A DNA stretch of 53,415 nt from an uncultured bacterium (GTDB taxonomy: Bacteria; Chlamydiota; Chlamydiia; Chlamydiales; JAJFMA01): positions 1 to 53,415 of the forward strand of contig CAYUJS010000007.1 of assembly GCA_964445105.1 (NCBI GenBank), written 5' to 3'. Under the pieces are notes generated by a model. It saw only the letters and a list, made by a program, of their open reading frames with translations, was not told the origin of the DNA and searched no databases. The position numbers and the translations under genes are program-made. The first letter of the stretch is position 1. The number at the start of each line of letters is the position of its first letter. Below are positions 9,384-20,244 of the stretch, one piece after another.

Positions 9384-10940
9384 TTAGTCCTTAAGCGACA
9401 GCAAGAACTCCACGTTGCTCTTGGTCTTTTTGAGACGTCCGAGAAGCAGATTCATAGCGTCGATAGGTGACAGGTCGGCGACAGCTTGGCGTAATTGGAA
9501 GACTTTTTCCAGTTCGCCTGGGTGGTAGAGCAGCTCTTCTTTTCGTGTACCGCTTTTGATCAGGTCGATAGCGGGCCAGGTGCGCCGGTCGGCCAGGCGC
9601 CGCTCGAGCACGAGCTCCATGTTACCGGTGCCTTTGAACTCTTCAAAGATGACCTCATCCATACGGGAGCCGGTATCGATGAGGGCAGTGGCGATGATGG
9701 TGAGGGAGCCACCTTGTTCGATATTACGCGCGGCTCCGAAGAACCGTTTGGGTTTGTGTAGGGCATTTGCGTCGATACCACCGGTAAGGATCTTACCGGA
9801 GTGTGGCTGGACGGTGTTGTAGGCGCGCGCTAAGCGGGTGATGGAGTCGAGGAGGATGACGACATCTTTGCCGTGCTCCACGAGGCGGCGGGCCTTTTCA
9901 ATGGCCATTTCAGCGACCTGGACGTGGCGCTCTGGGGGTTCATCGAAGGTGGAAGCGATGACTTCGCCTTTCACCATGCGTTGCATGTCGGTCACTTCTT
10001 CAGGGCGCTCATCGATGAGCAATACCATGAGCACGACCGCTGGGTTATTTTTAGCGATACTGTTGGCTATGTTTTGCAATAGGATGGTTTTGCCTGTGCG
10101 GGGCGGCGCGACGATCAAGCCGCGCTGGCCTTTACCGATTGGAGCGGTAAGATCTAGTACCCTCATAGATAAGTTTTCAGGGGTCGTTTCCATCACCAGG
10201 CGTTCATTAGGGTAAAGCGGGGTCAAGTTTTCAAATAAGATCCGTTCACGCGCTTTTTCGGGAGTGACTTCGTTGATGGAATCGACTTTTAGAAGGGCAA
10301 AGTACTTTTCTTTTTCTTTGGGAGGACGGATTGTGCCTGTAACGGTATCCCCTTTTTTGAGGTCGAAGCGGCGAATCTGTGCGGGGCTGACGTAGATATC
10401 TTCAGCGGAGGGGAGGTAGGCATAGAGAGGAGAGCGCAGAAAGCCGAAACCATCGGGCAGTACTTCTAGGACGCCCTCACCTATTAGAATGTCGTCGGGG
10501 CGCTCAGCTAGAGCCTTTACGATTTCAAAAACCATCTGAGATTTGGTCAGAGAGCCGGTGTGCCGCAGTCCGATGCGTTTGCCGAATTCGTTTAGTTGTT
10601 GGATATTCATGCGTTGAATATCCGCAATCTTGACGATTTCGTTATAGGGCTGGGTAGTAGGCACAGCTTCTGTTTCTAAGTCGAGTTGGGAGTCGTTTAT
10701 TTCAACGGCCGTCTGTACGGGGTGCTGCTCGTACTCGCTTTCTCTGTTATCGCGCTGTTCTTGATTATGCTGTTGCTGCTGTTGACTTTGTTGTATTTGC
10801 TGCTGTTGCTGGGGCTGCTGGTTTTCTTTGCTGCGTTGGTGATGGCGCTGGTAGGGGCGTTTTTCCCTTTGAGGTTTGTTTTCGCCCGTATGCTGGCGGG
10901 TGGGGGCAGGTCTTTCTGGTTGGATTTGATCTGGGTCCAT
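9384..10940 (-). CDS. rho: Transcription termination factor Rho with Q-rich N-terminal extension
   Basis: [70 protein letters not shown]. Confidence 0.98.
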   Translation of the reverse strand: MDPDQIQPERPAPTRQHTGENKPQREKRPYQRHHQRSKENQQPQQQQQIQQSQQQQQHNQEQRDNRESEYEQHPVQTAVEINDSQLDLETEAVPTTQPYNEIVKIADIQRMNIQQLNEFGKRIGLRHTGSLTKSQMVFEIVKALAERPDDILIGEGVLEVLPDGFGFLRSPLYAYLPSAEDIYVSPAQIRRFDLKKGDTVTGTIRPPKEKEKYFALLKVDSINEVTPEKARERILFENLTPLYPNERLVMETTPENLSMRVLDLTAPIGKGQRGLIVAPPRTGKTILLQNIANSIAKNNPAVVLMVLLIDERPEEVTDMQRMVKGEVIASTFDEPPERHVQVAEMAIEKARRLVEHGKDVVILLDSITRLARAYNTVQPHSGKILTGGIDANALHKPKRFFGAARNIEQGGSLTIIATALIDTGSRMDEVIFEEFKGTGNMELVLERRLADRRTWPAIDLIKSGTRKEELLYHPGELEKVFQLRQAVADLSPIDAMNLLLGRLKKTKSNVEFLLSLKD

Positions 10941-11002
10941 TGGATGTTAGTCTCGTTTAGTTGATGAAGTTTCTTAATATGTACTGGGCTCGCAGGGCTG
11001 TT

Positions 11003-11608
11003 CTATGCGAGCCCGTCTTGTATCTTTTTACAAAGGCTTTCTACCTTGAATCGCAGTTCGCTTTCCGTGGTGTTATTGACGATGTGGTAGTGAGCAAGCT
11101 GGGCTTTTTTTTCTTGAGGGAACAGACGGGCAGTGCGGCGGTCATATTCAAGGGGCTCATATCCTGTTTTGGCGGCGAAACGCTGACGCGCAGTTTGAGG
11201 GTCCGTTGTCAAAGCGATCACCGTATCGAAATGGGAGGCGAGGTTGGCTTCAAAGAGAAGGGGTATTTCGGCGACGAAGAGAGGCACCTGCGAAGCCACG
11301 CGTTCATACTCCAGGTTGATGCTTTTTTGTACTTCAGGATGAATGATCCTTTCCAAAGCGGCGAGGAGTTGAGGTTCTTTGAAAACAATGTTAGCGACCT
11401 TCGTTCGATCGATCTGATCCCCGGTGATGATCTTGGCTCCCAAGAGCCCGACGACTTTTATTCCAACATCACTCTTGGGGGACAATAGTTGATAGACGAT
11501 GGTATCTGCGTCCACAGTGAAGGCTCCTAGCTCTTTCAGGATACGGCAAACGGTTGATTTACCTGATGCCAATCCGCCAGTCACTGCAATCTTTTTTGAT
11601 CTTAGCAT
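11003..11608 (-). CDS. coaE: Dephospho-CoA kinase
   Basis: KIAVTGGLASGKSTV P-loop, VDAD, IIHP, EIPLLFE. ATG at 11608 overlaps the polA stop. Confidence 0.95.
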   Translation of the reverse strand: MLRSKKIAVTGGLASGKSTVCRILKELGAFTVDADTIVYQLLSPKSDVGIKVVGLLGAKIITGDQIDRTKVANIVFKEPQLLAALERIIHPEVQKSINLEYERVASQVPLFVAEIPLLFEANLASHFDTVIALTTDPQTARQRFAAKTGYEPLEYDRRTARLFPQEKKAQLAHYHIVNNTTESELRFKVESLCKKIQDGLA

Positions 11609-14265
11609 TCCGCCCAATTTTTTCCAATCTTGATGTCAACGATGAGGGGGACTTTCAGCGACATGACTGCTTCCATAATTCTTTTTACCTGTTGAGCCAG
11701 TTCTTCCGCAGCTTGGTCGGGCACTTCGAAAAGCAGCTCGTCGTGGATTTGTAGGAGCATACGCGCGTCGCTATTTTGTGCGGTCAGGTAATCGTTCACT
11801 CGCAGCATGGCAAGTTTAATGAGGTCGGCGGCGGTGCCTTGCAGCGGGGTGTTGGTGGCGAGGCGCTCGGCGGCGCTGCGTAGGTTTGCGTTTTTGCTAT
11901 GAATGTCTGGGATGAGTCGCTCGCGCCCTGTAATGGTAAGCACTCTGCCGCTTGTGCGGGCGAGCTCTTTGGAGGATTCGAGGTAGTCGAGAACGCGAGG
12001 ATAGCGATCAAAATAGGCCTGAATGAAGGCAGCGGCCTGTTTCATGGGGATGGCGAGTTGTCGTGCTAGGCCGAAGGCGCCTTGTCCATAGAGGATGCCG
12101 AAGTTGACTGTTTTCGCGTTGAGGCGCTGCTCGGAGGTGACTTGATCGATAGGCACACCGAATACCTGTGAGGCGGTGAATGCGTGGATGTCCTCGCCCG
12201 CTTCGAAGGCGCGGATGAGGTGGGCATCTTCGCTGAAATGAGCTAGAAGCCTCAGCTCGATTTGTGAATAGTCAGCTGCCAGTAGGCTCCAATGCGGATC
12301 ATTCGAGCGAAAGGCGGCCCGAATCTGACGGCCCACTTTGCTCCGGATGGGGATATTTTGCAGGTTAGGATCCTGGCAGGCGAGTCGGCCTGTGGCGGCG
12401 GTGAATTGGTTGAAGTTGCAGTGAACGCGTTTTGTGCTGGGATTCACCTCGGCCGGAAGTGCGCTCACGTAGGTGGAGCGCAGTTTTTCAAGCGTGCGAT
12501 AGTCTAGGATTTCCGCCACAACAGGATGAGCGCCGCGTAGCTCTTCGAGCACCTCTGCGCTAGTGCTCGTGGCTCCTTTGGCAGTTTTGCGCAAAAGCTG
12601 GATACCCAAGACATTTTCGAGAATATTTCTAAGTTGGATGGGCGAATTCAGATTAAACGATTCACCGACCTGCTGAAAGATGTGCAGCTGTAGCTTAGAA
12701 ATATCCCGATTGATGACTTGGCTGAGCTGTTCCAAGTAGGGGATATCTATGAATATGCCCGTGTGTTCCATGTGAGCCAGCACGCGTACAAGAGGGAGCT
12801 CTATCTGTTCCATTACGTTATCGAGATGGCGCTCTTGCAGTTGGGGAGCTAAAAGTTGTTTCAGGCGGAAGGTGTAGTCGACCTCCTCGCCGCAGAAGTT
12901 GCTCAGCTGGTCCAGGGGGACGCGGGCGATTGGCAGCTGCTCTTTGCCTTTTCCTGTCACTGCGCTGGCAGCGGTGAGGCGCTTATCAAAATACTCTAGG
13001 ACAAGACCTTCTAGCGTGTGCTGTCTGCTGTGAGAGCTCAGCAGATAAGAGGCTAGGACTGTGTCGAAGCAGATATTAGCGATGGTGATGCCGTGGTTTC
13101 TGAGCACCTGATAGTCGTACTTGATGTTATGCCCGTAAAAGCCGATCTGTGGATCTTCAAATAGAGGCTTGCAGGCGCTGATTACCTGCGCGAGGCCCAA
13201 TTTGCCATTGGTGGGTACGTACCATGCGCGGCCCTCTTGTGTGCAAAAAGCCACCCCACAAAGCTCTGCCAGCATTGGCCGCTCGTTTGTTGCTTGGATA
13301 TCAAAGCAAATTTCCTTGTGTTGACGCAGTGTCTGCATTAAATCGTTGAGCGAAGTGGCGTCATCTACCAGAAAGTAGTGTGCGGCGTCGACTTTGCGCG
13401 GCGCTTCGACCTCGGGTAATTCGCGTAGCAGTGAGTTGAAGCTGTGGTTAGTATAGAACTGCTTCAGCAGTGGTGCATCGCCGGATCTGAGTTGGAAGAA
13501 GGCCTGTTCACGAGGGAATTCAACGTCAGTGTACAGCCTCGCAAGTTCACGACTGAGACGCGCTTGGCCCGCTTGCTGGACAATGGTTTCGCGCTTTTTT
13601 TGTGCCGAGACCTTCTCAGGTTGTGCCAGGAGGGCATCTAGCGTGCCAAATTCTTGGAGGAGTTGAGTGGCCGTTTTGGGGCCGAAGCCGGGTAGGCCGG
13701 GGATGTTATCGGAAGCGTCGCCTACAATGGCGAGCCAATCGACCATCTGCGTTGGCTTTATTCCGTAGATCTGTTCGACGGCTGCCGTATCGATGATGAG
13801 ATTATCTTTCCAGGTATTGAGCAGGACAATGTGATCGTCCACGATCTGCACCATATCTTTGTCGCTGGTGCAAACGTAGACTTGCACTGCTTGTTGGGCC
13901 GCCCAGAGGGCGATTGCGCCCATGGTATCATCGGCCTCTACAGCTGGTATTGTCAGCTGGGAGATGCCCGCTATTTCGCAGAATTCACGAGCCCAATCGA
14001 TCTGATACCTCAGGTCTGCGGGCGTTTCTTCGCGGTGAGCCTTGTAGTCTGCGTAGAGGGCTGTCCGCCGCTCTTTGTTGCGCGGCCCATCGAAGATGGC
14101 GGCCAGGTGCGTGACGGGCGCAAAGTCTTTTTGTAGCTTAACGATTGAGCGAATAAAGCCAAAAAGTGCGTTGGTGGACTCGCCCTTGCCATTGGTCATA
14201 TTGCCGATGGCGTGGTAGGAGCGATATAGGTAGCCCGAGGCATCTATCAGAAAGAGTTTTTCCAT
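11602..14265 (-). CDS. polA: DNA polymerase I
   Basis: 5'-3' exonuclease (LIDASGYLYRSYHA, EADD, GDASDNIPG), polymerase motifs ADYSQIELRLLAH, AKTVNFGILYG, LLQIHDELLFE. Start trimmed to MEKLFLID at 14265. Confidence 0.98.
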   Translation of the reverse strand: MEKLFLIDASGYLYRSYHAIGNMTNGKGESTNALFGFIRSIVKLQKDFAPVTHLAAIFDGPRNKERRTALYADYKAHREETPADLRYQIDWAREFCEIAGISQLTIPAVEADDTMGAIALWAAQQAVQVYVCTSDKDMVQIVDDHIVLLNTWKDNLIIDTAAVEQIYGIKPTQMVDWLAIVGDASDNIPGLPGFGPKTATQLLQEFGTLDALLAQPEKVSAQKKRETIVQQAGQARLSRELARLYTDVEFPREQAFFQLRSGDAPLLKQFYTNHSFNSLLRELPEVEAPRKVDAAHYFLVDDATSLNDLMQTLRQHKEICFDIQATNERPMLAELCGVAFCTQEGRAWYVPTNGKLGLAQVISACKPLFEDPQIGFYGHNIKYDYQVLRNHGITIANICFDTVLASYLLSSHSRQHTLEGLVLEYFDKRLTAASAVTGKGKEQLPIARVPLDQLSNFCGEEVDYTFRLKQLLAPQLQERHLDNVMEQIELPLVRVLAHMEHTGIFIDIPYLEQLSQVINRDISKLQLHIFQQVGESFNLNSPIQLRNILENVLGIQLLRKTAKGATSTSAEVLEELRGAHPVVAEILDYRTLEKLRSTYVSALPAEVNPSTKRVHCNFNQFTAATGRLACQDPNLQNIPIRSKVGRQIRAAFRSNDPHWSLLAADYSQIELRLLAHFSEDAHLIRAFEAGEDIHAFTASQVFGVPIDQVTSEQRLNAKTVNFGILYGQGAFGLARQLAIPMKQAAAFIQAYFDRYPRVLDYLESSKELARTSGRVLTITGRERLIPDIHSKNANLRSAAERLATNTPLQGTAADLIKLAMLRVNDYLTAQNSDARMLLQIHDELLFEVPDQAAEELAQQVKRIMEAVMSLKVPLIVDIKIGKNWAEC

Positions 14266-14267
14266 GA

Positions 14268-15281
14268 TTAGAAACGCAGCGACGTGAGTTGAGTCGCTAC
14301 GTAGTACAGCACCTTTGTGAGCATTGAAGAGTTTCCGCCACCGAATAGCTCGCTTGTCCATGTGCTGTTCGTTAGCGTGACCACGTGATATCTTTCGCCT
14401 TCTAAACCGGCTCGCTTAGCTGCCAAAGCAATCGCCTGGGGGAGGTAGTAGCCTGTTTCATCGATAAAACCAAGTTCCTTGGCGCGTGTGGGCGCATAGA
14501 TTTGTGCGCCGTATTCCTGGATCAATTTTTCGCGTGTGAGTTGAGGTCGGTTGGCAATTACCATGTCGACAAAGTGATTATAAAGATAGTCGGTGATCGC
14601 CTGCACGTCCGCAGATTCTTCAGATTGCCAGGGGCGAAAAGGGTTCATGGTGTCTTTGCCCTTACCTGAGCAGACCGTTTGCGCTTTGATCCCTAGCTTT
14701 GCCAACCCTTCTGAGAGATTGAAATAAGGGGGAAAGATCAATACACCTACACTGCCGATAACGCTGCAATCCGAGGTGACAATCGCGTCGGCTGCTAGGG
14801 CGATTTGGTAGGCTCCCGAAGCACAAAGGCCGTCTGCATAGGCGATCACAGGCACGTTGTACTGTTCTTTGTAGGCTTTAATCATCTGGTAAATAGCGCT
14901 AGAATCCGTGGTCAGCCCGCCGCCGCTATTAATGTTGAGTAGGATAGCCTTTACGCGGTTCTCTTTCAGTGCATCTTCGCGGGATTCAACCAAGCGCATG
15001 CGCGTAGCGTCGGCAGAAAGCTGTCCCATGCCGATCATGCCGTCTATATTCAGTTGTAGAATCACAGGGCCTGAGCTGCCTAGCTCGGTGCGCAAGCCTT
15101 TGGCGTCGGGCTGTACCTCAAGGGTAAATTTGCGCGGCACCTCAGAGCCCGATGTGCTAAACAGGGCGAAGGAGAGGACGAAGGCAGTGATCCCAAAGGC
15201 TAATCCCAGCGTGGTTCCGAACGCTTTTGCGAAGGCCCGAAATAGGCCACGCAGCGGTGAATCAAGACTGCTATTTTGCAT
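14268..15281 (-). CDS. sohB: S49-family peptidase (SohB/SppA-like)
   Basis: VKAILLNINSGGG, CASGAYQIA, IGSVGV motifs; chlamydial polA-sohB order. Confidence 0.85.
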   Translation of the reverse strand: MQNSSLDSPLRGLFRAFAKAFGTTLGLAFGITAFVLSFALFSTSGSEVPRKFTLEVQPDAKGLRTELGSSGPVILQLNIDGMIGMGQLSADATRMRLVESREDALKENRVKAILLNINSGGGLTTDSSAIYQMIKAYKEQYNVPVIAYADGLCASGAYQIALAADAIVTSDCSVIGSVGVLIFPPYFNLSEGLAKLGIKAQTVCSGKGKDTMNPFRPWQSEESADVQAITDYLYNHFVDMVIANRPQLTREKLIQEYGAQIYAPTRAKELGFIDETGYYLPQAIALAAKRAGLEGERYHVVTLTNSTWTSELFGGGNSSMLTKVLYYVATQLTSLRF

Positions 15282-15350
15282 GGAAAATCCTTAAAAATGA
15301 TACTAGTCTGGGGTATTGAGATTATTGTAGCCGGGCCTTGGGATGATGTC

Positions 15351-15414
15351 CAGCAGCTCCGCTAAAAAAAAGAAATAGACTGGCTTCGGGATAGCCATAG
15401 GCCTCATTTTGCCC
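15351..15414 (+). repeat. Partial copy (one end, ~64 bp) of dispersed palindromic repeat family A
   Basis: CAGCAGCTCCGCTAAAAAAAAGAAATAGACTGGCTTCGGGATAGCCATAGGCCTCATTTTGCCC aligns by eye with the first ~65 bp of the copy at 36253. Confidence 0.75.
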
Positions 15415-15456
15415 TAGTTGCCTGTGCTCTACGCCCGTCTTTAGCCAGCGCAAAGT

Positions 15457-15488
15457 AAAGCCCGCAGAATCGCTCTGCGGGCTTTTTT
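15457..15488. terminator. Intrinsic terminator after dnaK (possibly bidirectional)
   Basis: AAAGCCCGCAGA-ATCGC-TCTGCGGGCTTT 12-bp stem followed by a T run on the + strand, ~30 bp past the dnaK stop. Confidence 0.8.
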
Positions 15489-15517
15489 ATTTTATAGGTG
15501 AGGGCTCGCCTCTATTT

Positions 15518-17479
15518 TTATCGATGATCGTTGCTTTCGGCGTCGATAATTTCGACTTCGGCATCTTCGATAGCCGGCTCTTGGGCTTGTCGGCTATTGC
15601 CTTGTTGCGCAGATTGACCGCCTTGTTGAGCGTGCCCATCCGCGTTAGCTCCCTGCCCGGCAGCTGCCGCTTTCGACATAGCCTCGCCGATATGTTGCAT
15701 ATGCGTTTCGAGCTCTTGCTTGGTTCTACGAATCTCTTGGCTATCGCCTTTTTGGATTGCAGCTTTTACCTTCTCAATATGCTCTTCGACATCTTTTGCA
15801 ACCTCAGCGGGGATCTTGTCCTTATACTCGTTGAGTGCTTTGGTGGCGCGGAACACGAGTGAGTCGGCTTCGTTGCGCACTTCGACCTCTTCGCGTTTCT
15901 TTTTGTCTTCTTCGGCGTGAAGTTCGGCGTCTTTTACCATCTTCTGGATCTCGGCCTCCGAAAGGCCTGAAGACGCTTCGATGCGGATTTTTTGCTCTTT
16001 ACCAGACGCGGTGTCTTTAGCGGACACGTGCAGGATACCGTCAGCATCGATGTCAAAGGCAACCTCGATCTGTGGCGTACCCCTAGGGGCTGGCGGGATA
16101 TCAGTTAGATCGAAACGCCCGATCTCTTTGTTATCGTTCGCCATTTTACGCTCCCCTTGCAGGACAACGATGGTCACTGCAGGCTGATTGTCGGCAGCTG
16201 TGGAGAACACCTGTTTTTTCTGCGTAGGGATGGTTGTGTTGCGCTCGACCAGTGGTGTCATTACGCCGCCTAACGTCTCGATGCCGAGGGTCAGTGGGAT
16301 GACGTCTAGCAGAAGCACATCTTTTACTTCGCCACCCAATACACCGCCTTGGATAGCGGCGCCAATGGCGACTACTTCGTCGGGGTTTACCCCTTTGTGT
16401 GGTTCCCGATTAAAGATCGCTTTCACCATAGCCTGTACGGCGGGCATACGGGTCATACCACCCACTAGGATTACCTCGTTGACATCCTCTGCCTTCAAGC
16501 CGGCATCTTTCAGTGCCTTCAAGCAAGGTTCTCGCGTGCGCTCGATCAGATTGGCAGCCAGGCTTTCCAGCTGCGCTCTGCTTAGCGTGAGAGATAGGTG
16601 CTTAGGCCCCGACTGGTCCATAGTGATGAAGGGCTGGTTGATTTCTGTGACCTGCGTACCCGATAGTTCGACTTTAGCTTTTTCAGCCGCGTCGCGCAGG
16701 CGCTGTAGCGCCATCTTGTCTTTGCTTAGATCGATGCCATGCTCTTTTCTGAACTCGCCTAGCATCCAGTTAAGAATCGCGTTGTCGAAGTCGTCGCCGC
16801 CCAAGTGGGTGTCCCCGTTGGTCGCTAGTACTTCAAAGACGCCGTCACCGATTTCCAAGATGGAGATATCGAACGTGCCTCCGCCCAAGTCGTAAACGGC
16901 TACTTTATGGTCGCGCTTATCTTTGTCAAGGCCGTAGGCCAATGCTGCTGCGGTGGGCTCTGGAATAATCCGCTTCACGTCTAAGCCTGCAATGCGTCCT
17001 GCGTCTTTTGTCGACTGTCTTTGTGAGTCATTAAAGTAGGCTGGGACGGTGATCACGGCTTCAGTGACTTTTTCACCCAAATACTCCTCAGCGGTCTCTT
17101 TCATCTTTGTTAGGATAATCGCTGCGATCTCTTCAGGCGTTACTAATTTACCGTGAATATCAAAAACAGCATCCCCATTATTGCCGCGCACTACGTGGTA
17201 TGGGACCGTGCCGATTTCTGATTGTACTTCATCAGACTTGCGGCCGATGAAGCGTTTGGAGGACACAATGGTGTTTTCCGGATTGGTGACCGCTTGTCGT
17301 TTAGCGGGGACCCCTACTAAGCGCTCGCTGCCTTTAAATGCGACCACAGATGGTGTAGTGCGAGAACCCTCTGCGTTTGGAATAACCTTTGCCTGGCCGC
17401 CTTCCATAACGGCTACGCAGGAGTTGGTTGTGCCGAGGTCGATCCCAATGATTTTGCCGCTTTTCTTTTTTTCTGCCAT
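15518..17479 (-). CDS. dnaK: Chaperone DnaK (Hsp70)
   Basis: [31 protein letters not shown]; chlamydia-type [10 protein letters not shown]. Confidence 0.99.
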   Translation of the reverse strand: MAEKKKSGKIIGIDLGTTNSCVAVMEGGQAKVIPNAEGSRTTPSVVAFKGSERLVGVPAKRQAVTNPENTIVSSKRFIGRKSDEVQSEIGTVPYHVVRGNNGDAVFDIHGKLVTPEEIAAIILTKMKETAEEYLGEKVTEAVITVPAYFNDSQRQSTKDAGRIAGLDVKRIIPEPTAAALAYGLDKDKRDHKVAVYDLGGGTFDISILEIGDGVFEVLATNGDTHLGGDDFDNAILNWMLGEFRKEHGIDLSKDKMALQRLRDAAEKAKVELSGTQVTEINQPFITMDQSGPKHLSLTLSRAQLESLAANLIERTREPCLKALKDAGLKAEDVNEVILVGGMTRMPAVQAMVKAIFNREPHKGVNPDEVVAIGAAIQGGVLGGEVKDVLLLDVIPLTLGIETLGGVMTPLVERNTTIPTQKKQVFSTAADNQPAVTIVVLQGERKMANDNKEIGRFDLTDIPPAPRGTPQIEVAFDIDADGILHVSAKDTASGKEQKIRIEASSGLSEAEIQKMVKDAELHAEEDKKKREEVEVRNEADSLVFRATKALNEYKDKIPAEVAKDVEEHIEKVKAAIQKGDSQEIRRTKQELETHMQHIGEAMSKAAAAGQGANADGHAQQGGQSAQQGNSRQAQEPAIEDAEVEIIDAESNDHR

Positions 17480-17481
17480 AA

Positions 17482-18087
17482 CTAATCTCCTTGATTACAA
17501 AATAAGTTTTTTTCATCTAGATCTGCATCGGGCGTCAACGTGGAGGCTTCCTCCACCGAGCTTGGTTTTCTAGCCACTTTGACGCGCGCGGGGCGGATAG
17601 TTTTGGAGCCCATTTTATACCCTCTGACGTACTCTTCAATGATCGTACCTGGTGAGTGGGTATCTGACTCAACGGCATCGACTGCTTCGTGTTGGTGAGG
17701 GTCGAAAAGTTCGCCTATCGAAACCAAAGGCACAACCCCATTTGTGGTCAGCACCTCTTTGAACTGTGATAGCACCATCTGGAACCCTAGTGCCCAGTTG
17801 CGGACTTCGTCCGACATTTGGTGGGCGTAAGTAAGAGCGTTTTCTAGGTTATCCAAAGGTGGCAGGAAATCGCAAACCAGATTAGCTACTGTGTAGTGCG
17901 CTTGGTCGCTGCGTTCCTTAACCATGCGTTTGCGCAGGTTCTCCATCTCGGCTAGCAAGCGCAGATACTTATCTTTATAGTCTTTTGCTTCGCTTTGGGC
18001 GGTCTCCCATTCGGTCTGCAAAAGCGTCACAGTCGTTTCTGGTGCGCTCTCTTGGGGGGAGATAGTTGTTTCTACTTCATCTGCCAT
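17482..18087 (-). CDS. grpE: Nucleotide exchange factor GrpE
   Basis: [39 protein letters not shown]. Confidence 0.97.
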   Translation of the reverse strand: MADEVETTISPQESAPETTVTLLQTEWETAQSEAKDYKDKYLRLLAEMENLRKRMVKERSDQAHYTVANLVCDFLPPLDNLENALTYAHQMSDEVRNWALGFQMVLSQFKEVLTTNGVVPLVSIGELFDPHQHEAVDAVESDTHSPGTIIEEYVRGYKMGSKTIRPARVKVARKPSSVEEASTLTPDADLDEKNLFCNQGD

Positions 18088-19237
18088 GGGGCTCTCCTAA
18101 TGTGCGTTGACTTTCCAGCAGCAATTGCTCTTTTTGTGGAAGATAGAGAGCGTGATGCTCTGGCTGCCGGAAGTTAAGTTTAAAGGTATAAACGGTACTG
18201 GTGAGCGTTTCGCCAATTTCGGCGGCAAAATGCTGTAAAATACTAAATAAGCGTCGGTAGGGCATGCGCGTGGGCCTCATAAGACCGATTGCTCCTACAG
18301 GTTTGTGGGCGATGGAATAGGGAATGGCCAGTACCGAGGCGTTGATGGCGGGCTCTGCTGGGGCCGCCAGCTCTTCTCCAATCCAGCATCTCAGGGCGTT
18401 ATGTGAACTGCATTCCCTTAGCAGCAGGCGCATACGATAATGGTTTTCGAAGAGCGTTAAACTGGACGCCAGTGAAGCGGCATCCTGGAATTCGGGATAG
18501 TGCAAGAGTTGTGAAAAGCCGGTGCGGTAAATGTCTTCTTGTGTGAAATAAGAGTAGTTGACGATGTAGCGCACCATGACTTCGTTGTAAAGGCCCTGGG
18601 CTAATCCATCCTCTTCCACCGTTAGTTCAGGTTTTGTAAGCCCTTTGAGGCGCCACTGGAAATAGCCTTCTAGCCGCTTGAAAAAAACTGGGGTGAGCAC
18701 GTGTTCGCTATGTAGGGTGACTGTTTGAATCACGCCAAAGTCAGTGATGATTACGCAAAGCAGCCGCTGGCTGTCTAAGACCACCAGCTTTATGTCTGCC
18801 ACGAAATCATGATCGAAGCGCGGAGCAGAAAGGAAAATGGCGGAGTTGGTGGCTCGGCTGAGCCACTCGGCGGCTGTTTGCAGGTACTTAGACACTTCGC
18901 GCGTGGGGTCATTAGGAATATCTAGAGGCTCGGTGAGCGGTAGTGGGGCGCCTGCCAGCAGCTCGCCGGCGTAAAACTTATAAGCTTTGTCTGTCGGTAC
19001 GCGGCCCCCAGAGGTGTGAAGCTGGCGCAGATAGCCCTCTTCCTCTAGCTGCGCGAAGTAGTTGCGGATGGTGGCTGAACTCAGCTCAGGAAACCCAACC
19101 TCCTTGAGGGTATTAGATCCAACCGGTTTGGAGGAGTCGATGTAATACTCCACCAGCCCAATTAAAACCTTATGCAGACGCGCATCTTTGGCTGAACGCT
19201 TGGGCTTTGTGGTTGCTAAGGGTTTCAAAGTTAGCAC
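18077..19237 (-). CDS. hrcA: Heat-inducible transcription repressor HrcA
   Basis: YIDSSKPVGSNTL, SSATIRNYFAQLEEEGYL, HTSGGRVPTDKAY; first gene of hrcA-grpE-dnaK. Confidence 0.97.
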   Translation of the reverse strand: MLTLKPLATTKPKRSAKDARLHKVLIGLVEYYIDSSKPVGSNTLKEVGFPELSSATIRNYFAQLEEEGYLRQLHTSGGRVPTDKAYKFYAGELLAGAPLPLTEPLDIPNDPTREVSKYLQTAAEWLSRATNSAIFLSAPRFDHDFVADIKLVVLDSQRLLCVIITDFGVIQTVTLHSEHVLTPVFFKRLEGYFQWRLKGLTKPELTVEEDGLAQGLYNEVMVRYIVNYSYFTQEDIYRTGFSQLLHYPEFQDAASLASSLTLFENHYRMRLLLRECSSHNALRCWIGEELAAPAEPAINASVLAIPYSIAHKPVGAIGLMRPTRMPYRRLFSILQHFAAEIGETLTSTVYTFKLNFRQPEHHALYLPQKEQLLLESQRTLGEPHGR

Positions 19238-19258
19238 TCCTCTGCTTTTACTGACGCC

Positions 19259-19288
19259 ATGTTAGCGCAGAAGAGGTTTTTTGGTCAA
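19259..19288 (-). promoter_or_regulatory. Putative sigma66/sigma70 promoter of the hrcA operon
   Basis: Minus strand TTGACC-N18-TAACAT, between the CIRCE and the hrcA start. Confidence 0.55.
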
Positions 19289-19294
19289 ACAAAT

Positions 19295-19321
19295 TTAGCG
19301 CTCAATCTAACAGGGTGCTAA
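19295..19321. promoter_or_regulatory. CIRCE operator (HrcA binding site)
   Basis: TTAGCGCTC-N9-GGGTGCTAA versus consensus TTAGCACTC-N9-GAGTGCTAA (one mismatch per arm); the palindrome extends to CAAATTTAGC...GCTAAATTTG. Confidence 0.92.
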
Positions 19322-20125
19322 ATTTGAAGATGGACGCTGGCTCGACCAGGAATTCTATAGCGGGCAGGCCGGTTAGGTGTGTCAGGCACTGAAGTAGCCA
19401 CTGACAGGCCGGAAACTGCCTCCAGATTTCATTAGGTAGCGGCTGGTCTTGTTGCGGGAGAATAAATTTTCTTTGATAAATGACTGGCATGCTCTGCACC
19501 GCGATTTGCTGGAGGAAATAAGAGATCTGGCAGATACCGAAGCGCTGATAAGCCTCCTGAAAACGATAGAGGTGCTCGCCCTGGGCTTGCCGGCAAAACT
19601 TTAGGTAAGTCGGAACCCTATCTGTGAGCAGAGGGTAAGCGTACCCTTGAGAGGCGATTTCTGCCTTTCAAGGGACCAATAGGGGGAGTTTCATGTCTAG
19701 CGAGAGGGAGATAGATGGCGCGGTAGATTGATGATTGAAATCTTTTCCAACCACAGCGAGATAGAAGTCCCGTAACCAAACCGCGCGGGGCTGTCGCGCT
19801 TCTATTTGCTCCTGGAAGCGCGCGAAGAGTTCTCCAAAGTCATCAGTCTCTACGCACTGCACGAAGTAGTCTTTTTGAGGAGTATGTTGTAGCCAGGCCT
19901 GCCACCCGCCCAGGCCCACGGCCTGTGCCAGATCTCGGTCCCAGAGCGCGTTCGTGCCTGCTTATTTTTGCCTTTGCAAGATCTGCTTCACGAGATCGGA
20001 CTTTCTGGAAAGGATCGCACTGGTGTAAAGAAATTTTGGGATAAGGCCACTGTTGTTATTTTTATTTAGATCTCGACAAATTTTATAAACGAATTTTTTA
20101 CTCAAAGCAAGCGGAAAACTACTAT
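19302..20125 (-). pseudogene. Probable decayed gene of unknown function (one frame with two in-frame stops)
   Basis: ORFs 19668-19919 and 19302-19499 are in the same frame and separated only by a TGA at 19668-19670. The frame continues upstream past a TAA near 19963. Confidence 0.5.
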
Positions 20126-20130
20126 TGCAT

Positions 20131-20244
20131 CGCGCTAAAAGAAGAAGTCGGCTCAGTCGGCGACGAATTCGTGGCTGAAGCTACGAATGAGGCTGATGGC
20201 CGTCCCGGAACCAGTCGGTTTCCTTTTTTTAGCGGGAACTTCTG
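20131..20244 (-). repeat. Dispersed palindromic repeat family A, internally deleted copy, reverse orientation
   Basis: CGCGCTAAAAGAAGAA...GACGAATTCGTGGCTGAAGCTACG...CGGTTTCCTTTTTTTAGCGGGAACTTCTG is the reverse complement of the 36253 copy; it abuts the tsaC stop. Confidence 0.8.

Noticed and set aside
16188-16895. 235-aa antisense ORF in dnaK, and similar antisense ORFs in rho, coaE, the aminopeptidase, SulP and sctC
   Set aside because: Shadow ORFs on the strand opposite conserved genes; no independent motifs.
19668-19670. In-frame TGA considered as selenocysteine or recoding
   Set aside because: The same frame also has a TAA, TGA is used as a normal stop elsewhere (wzx, SulP), and I see no convincing SECIS hairpin.
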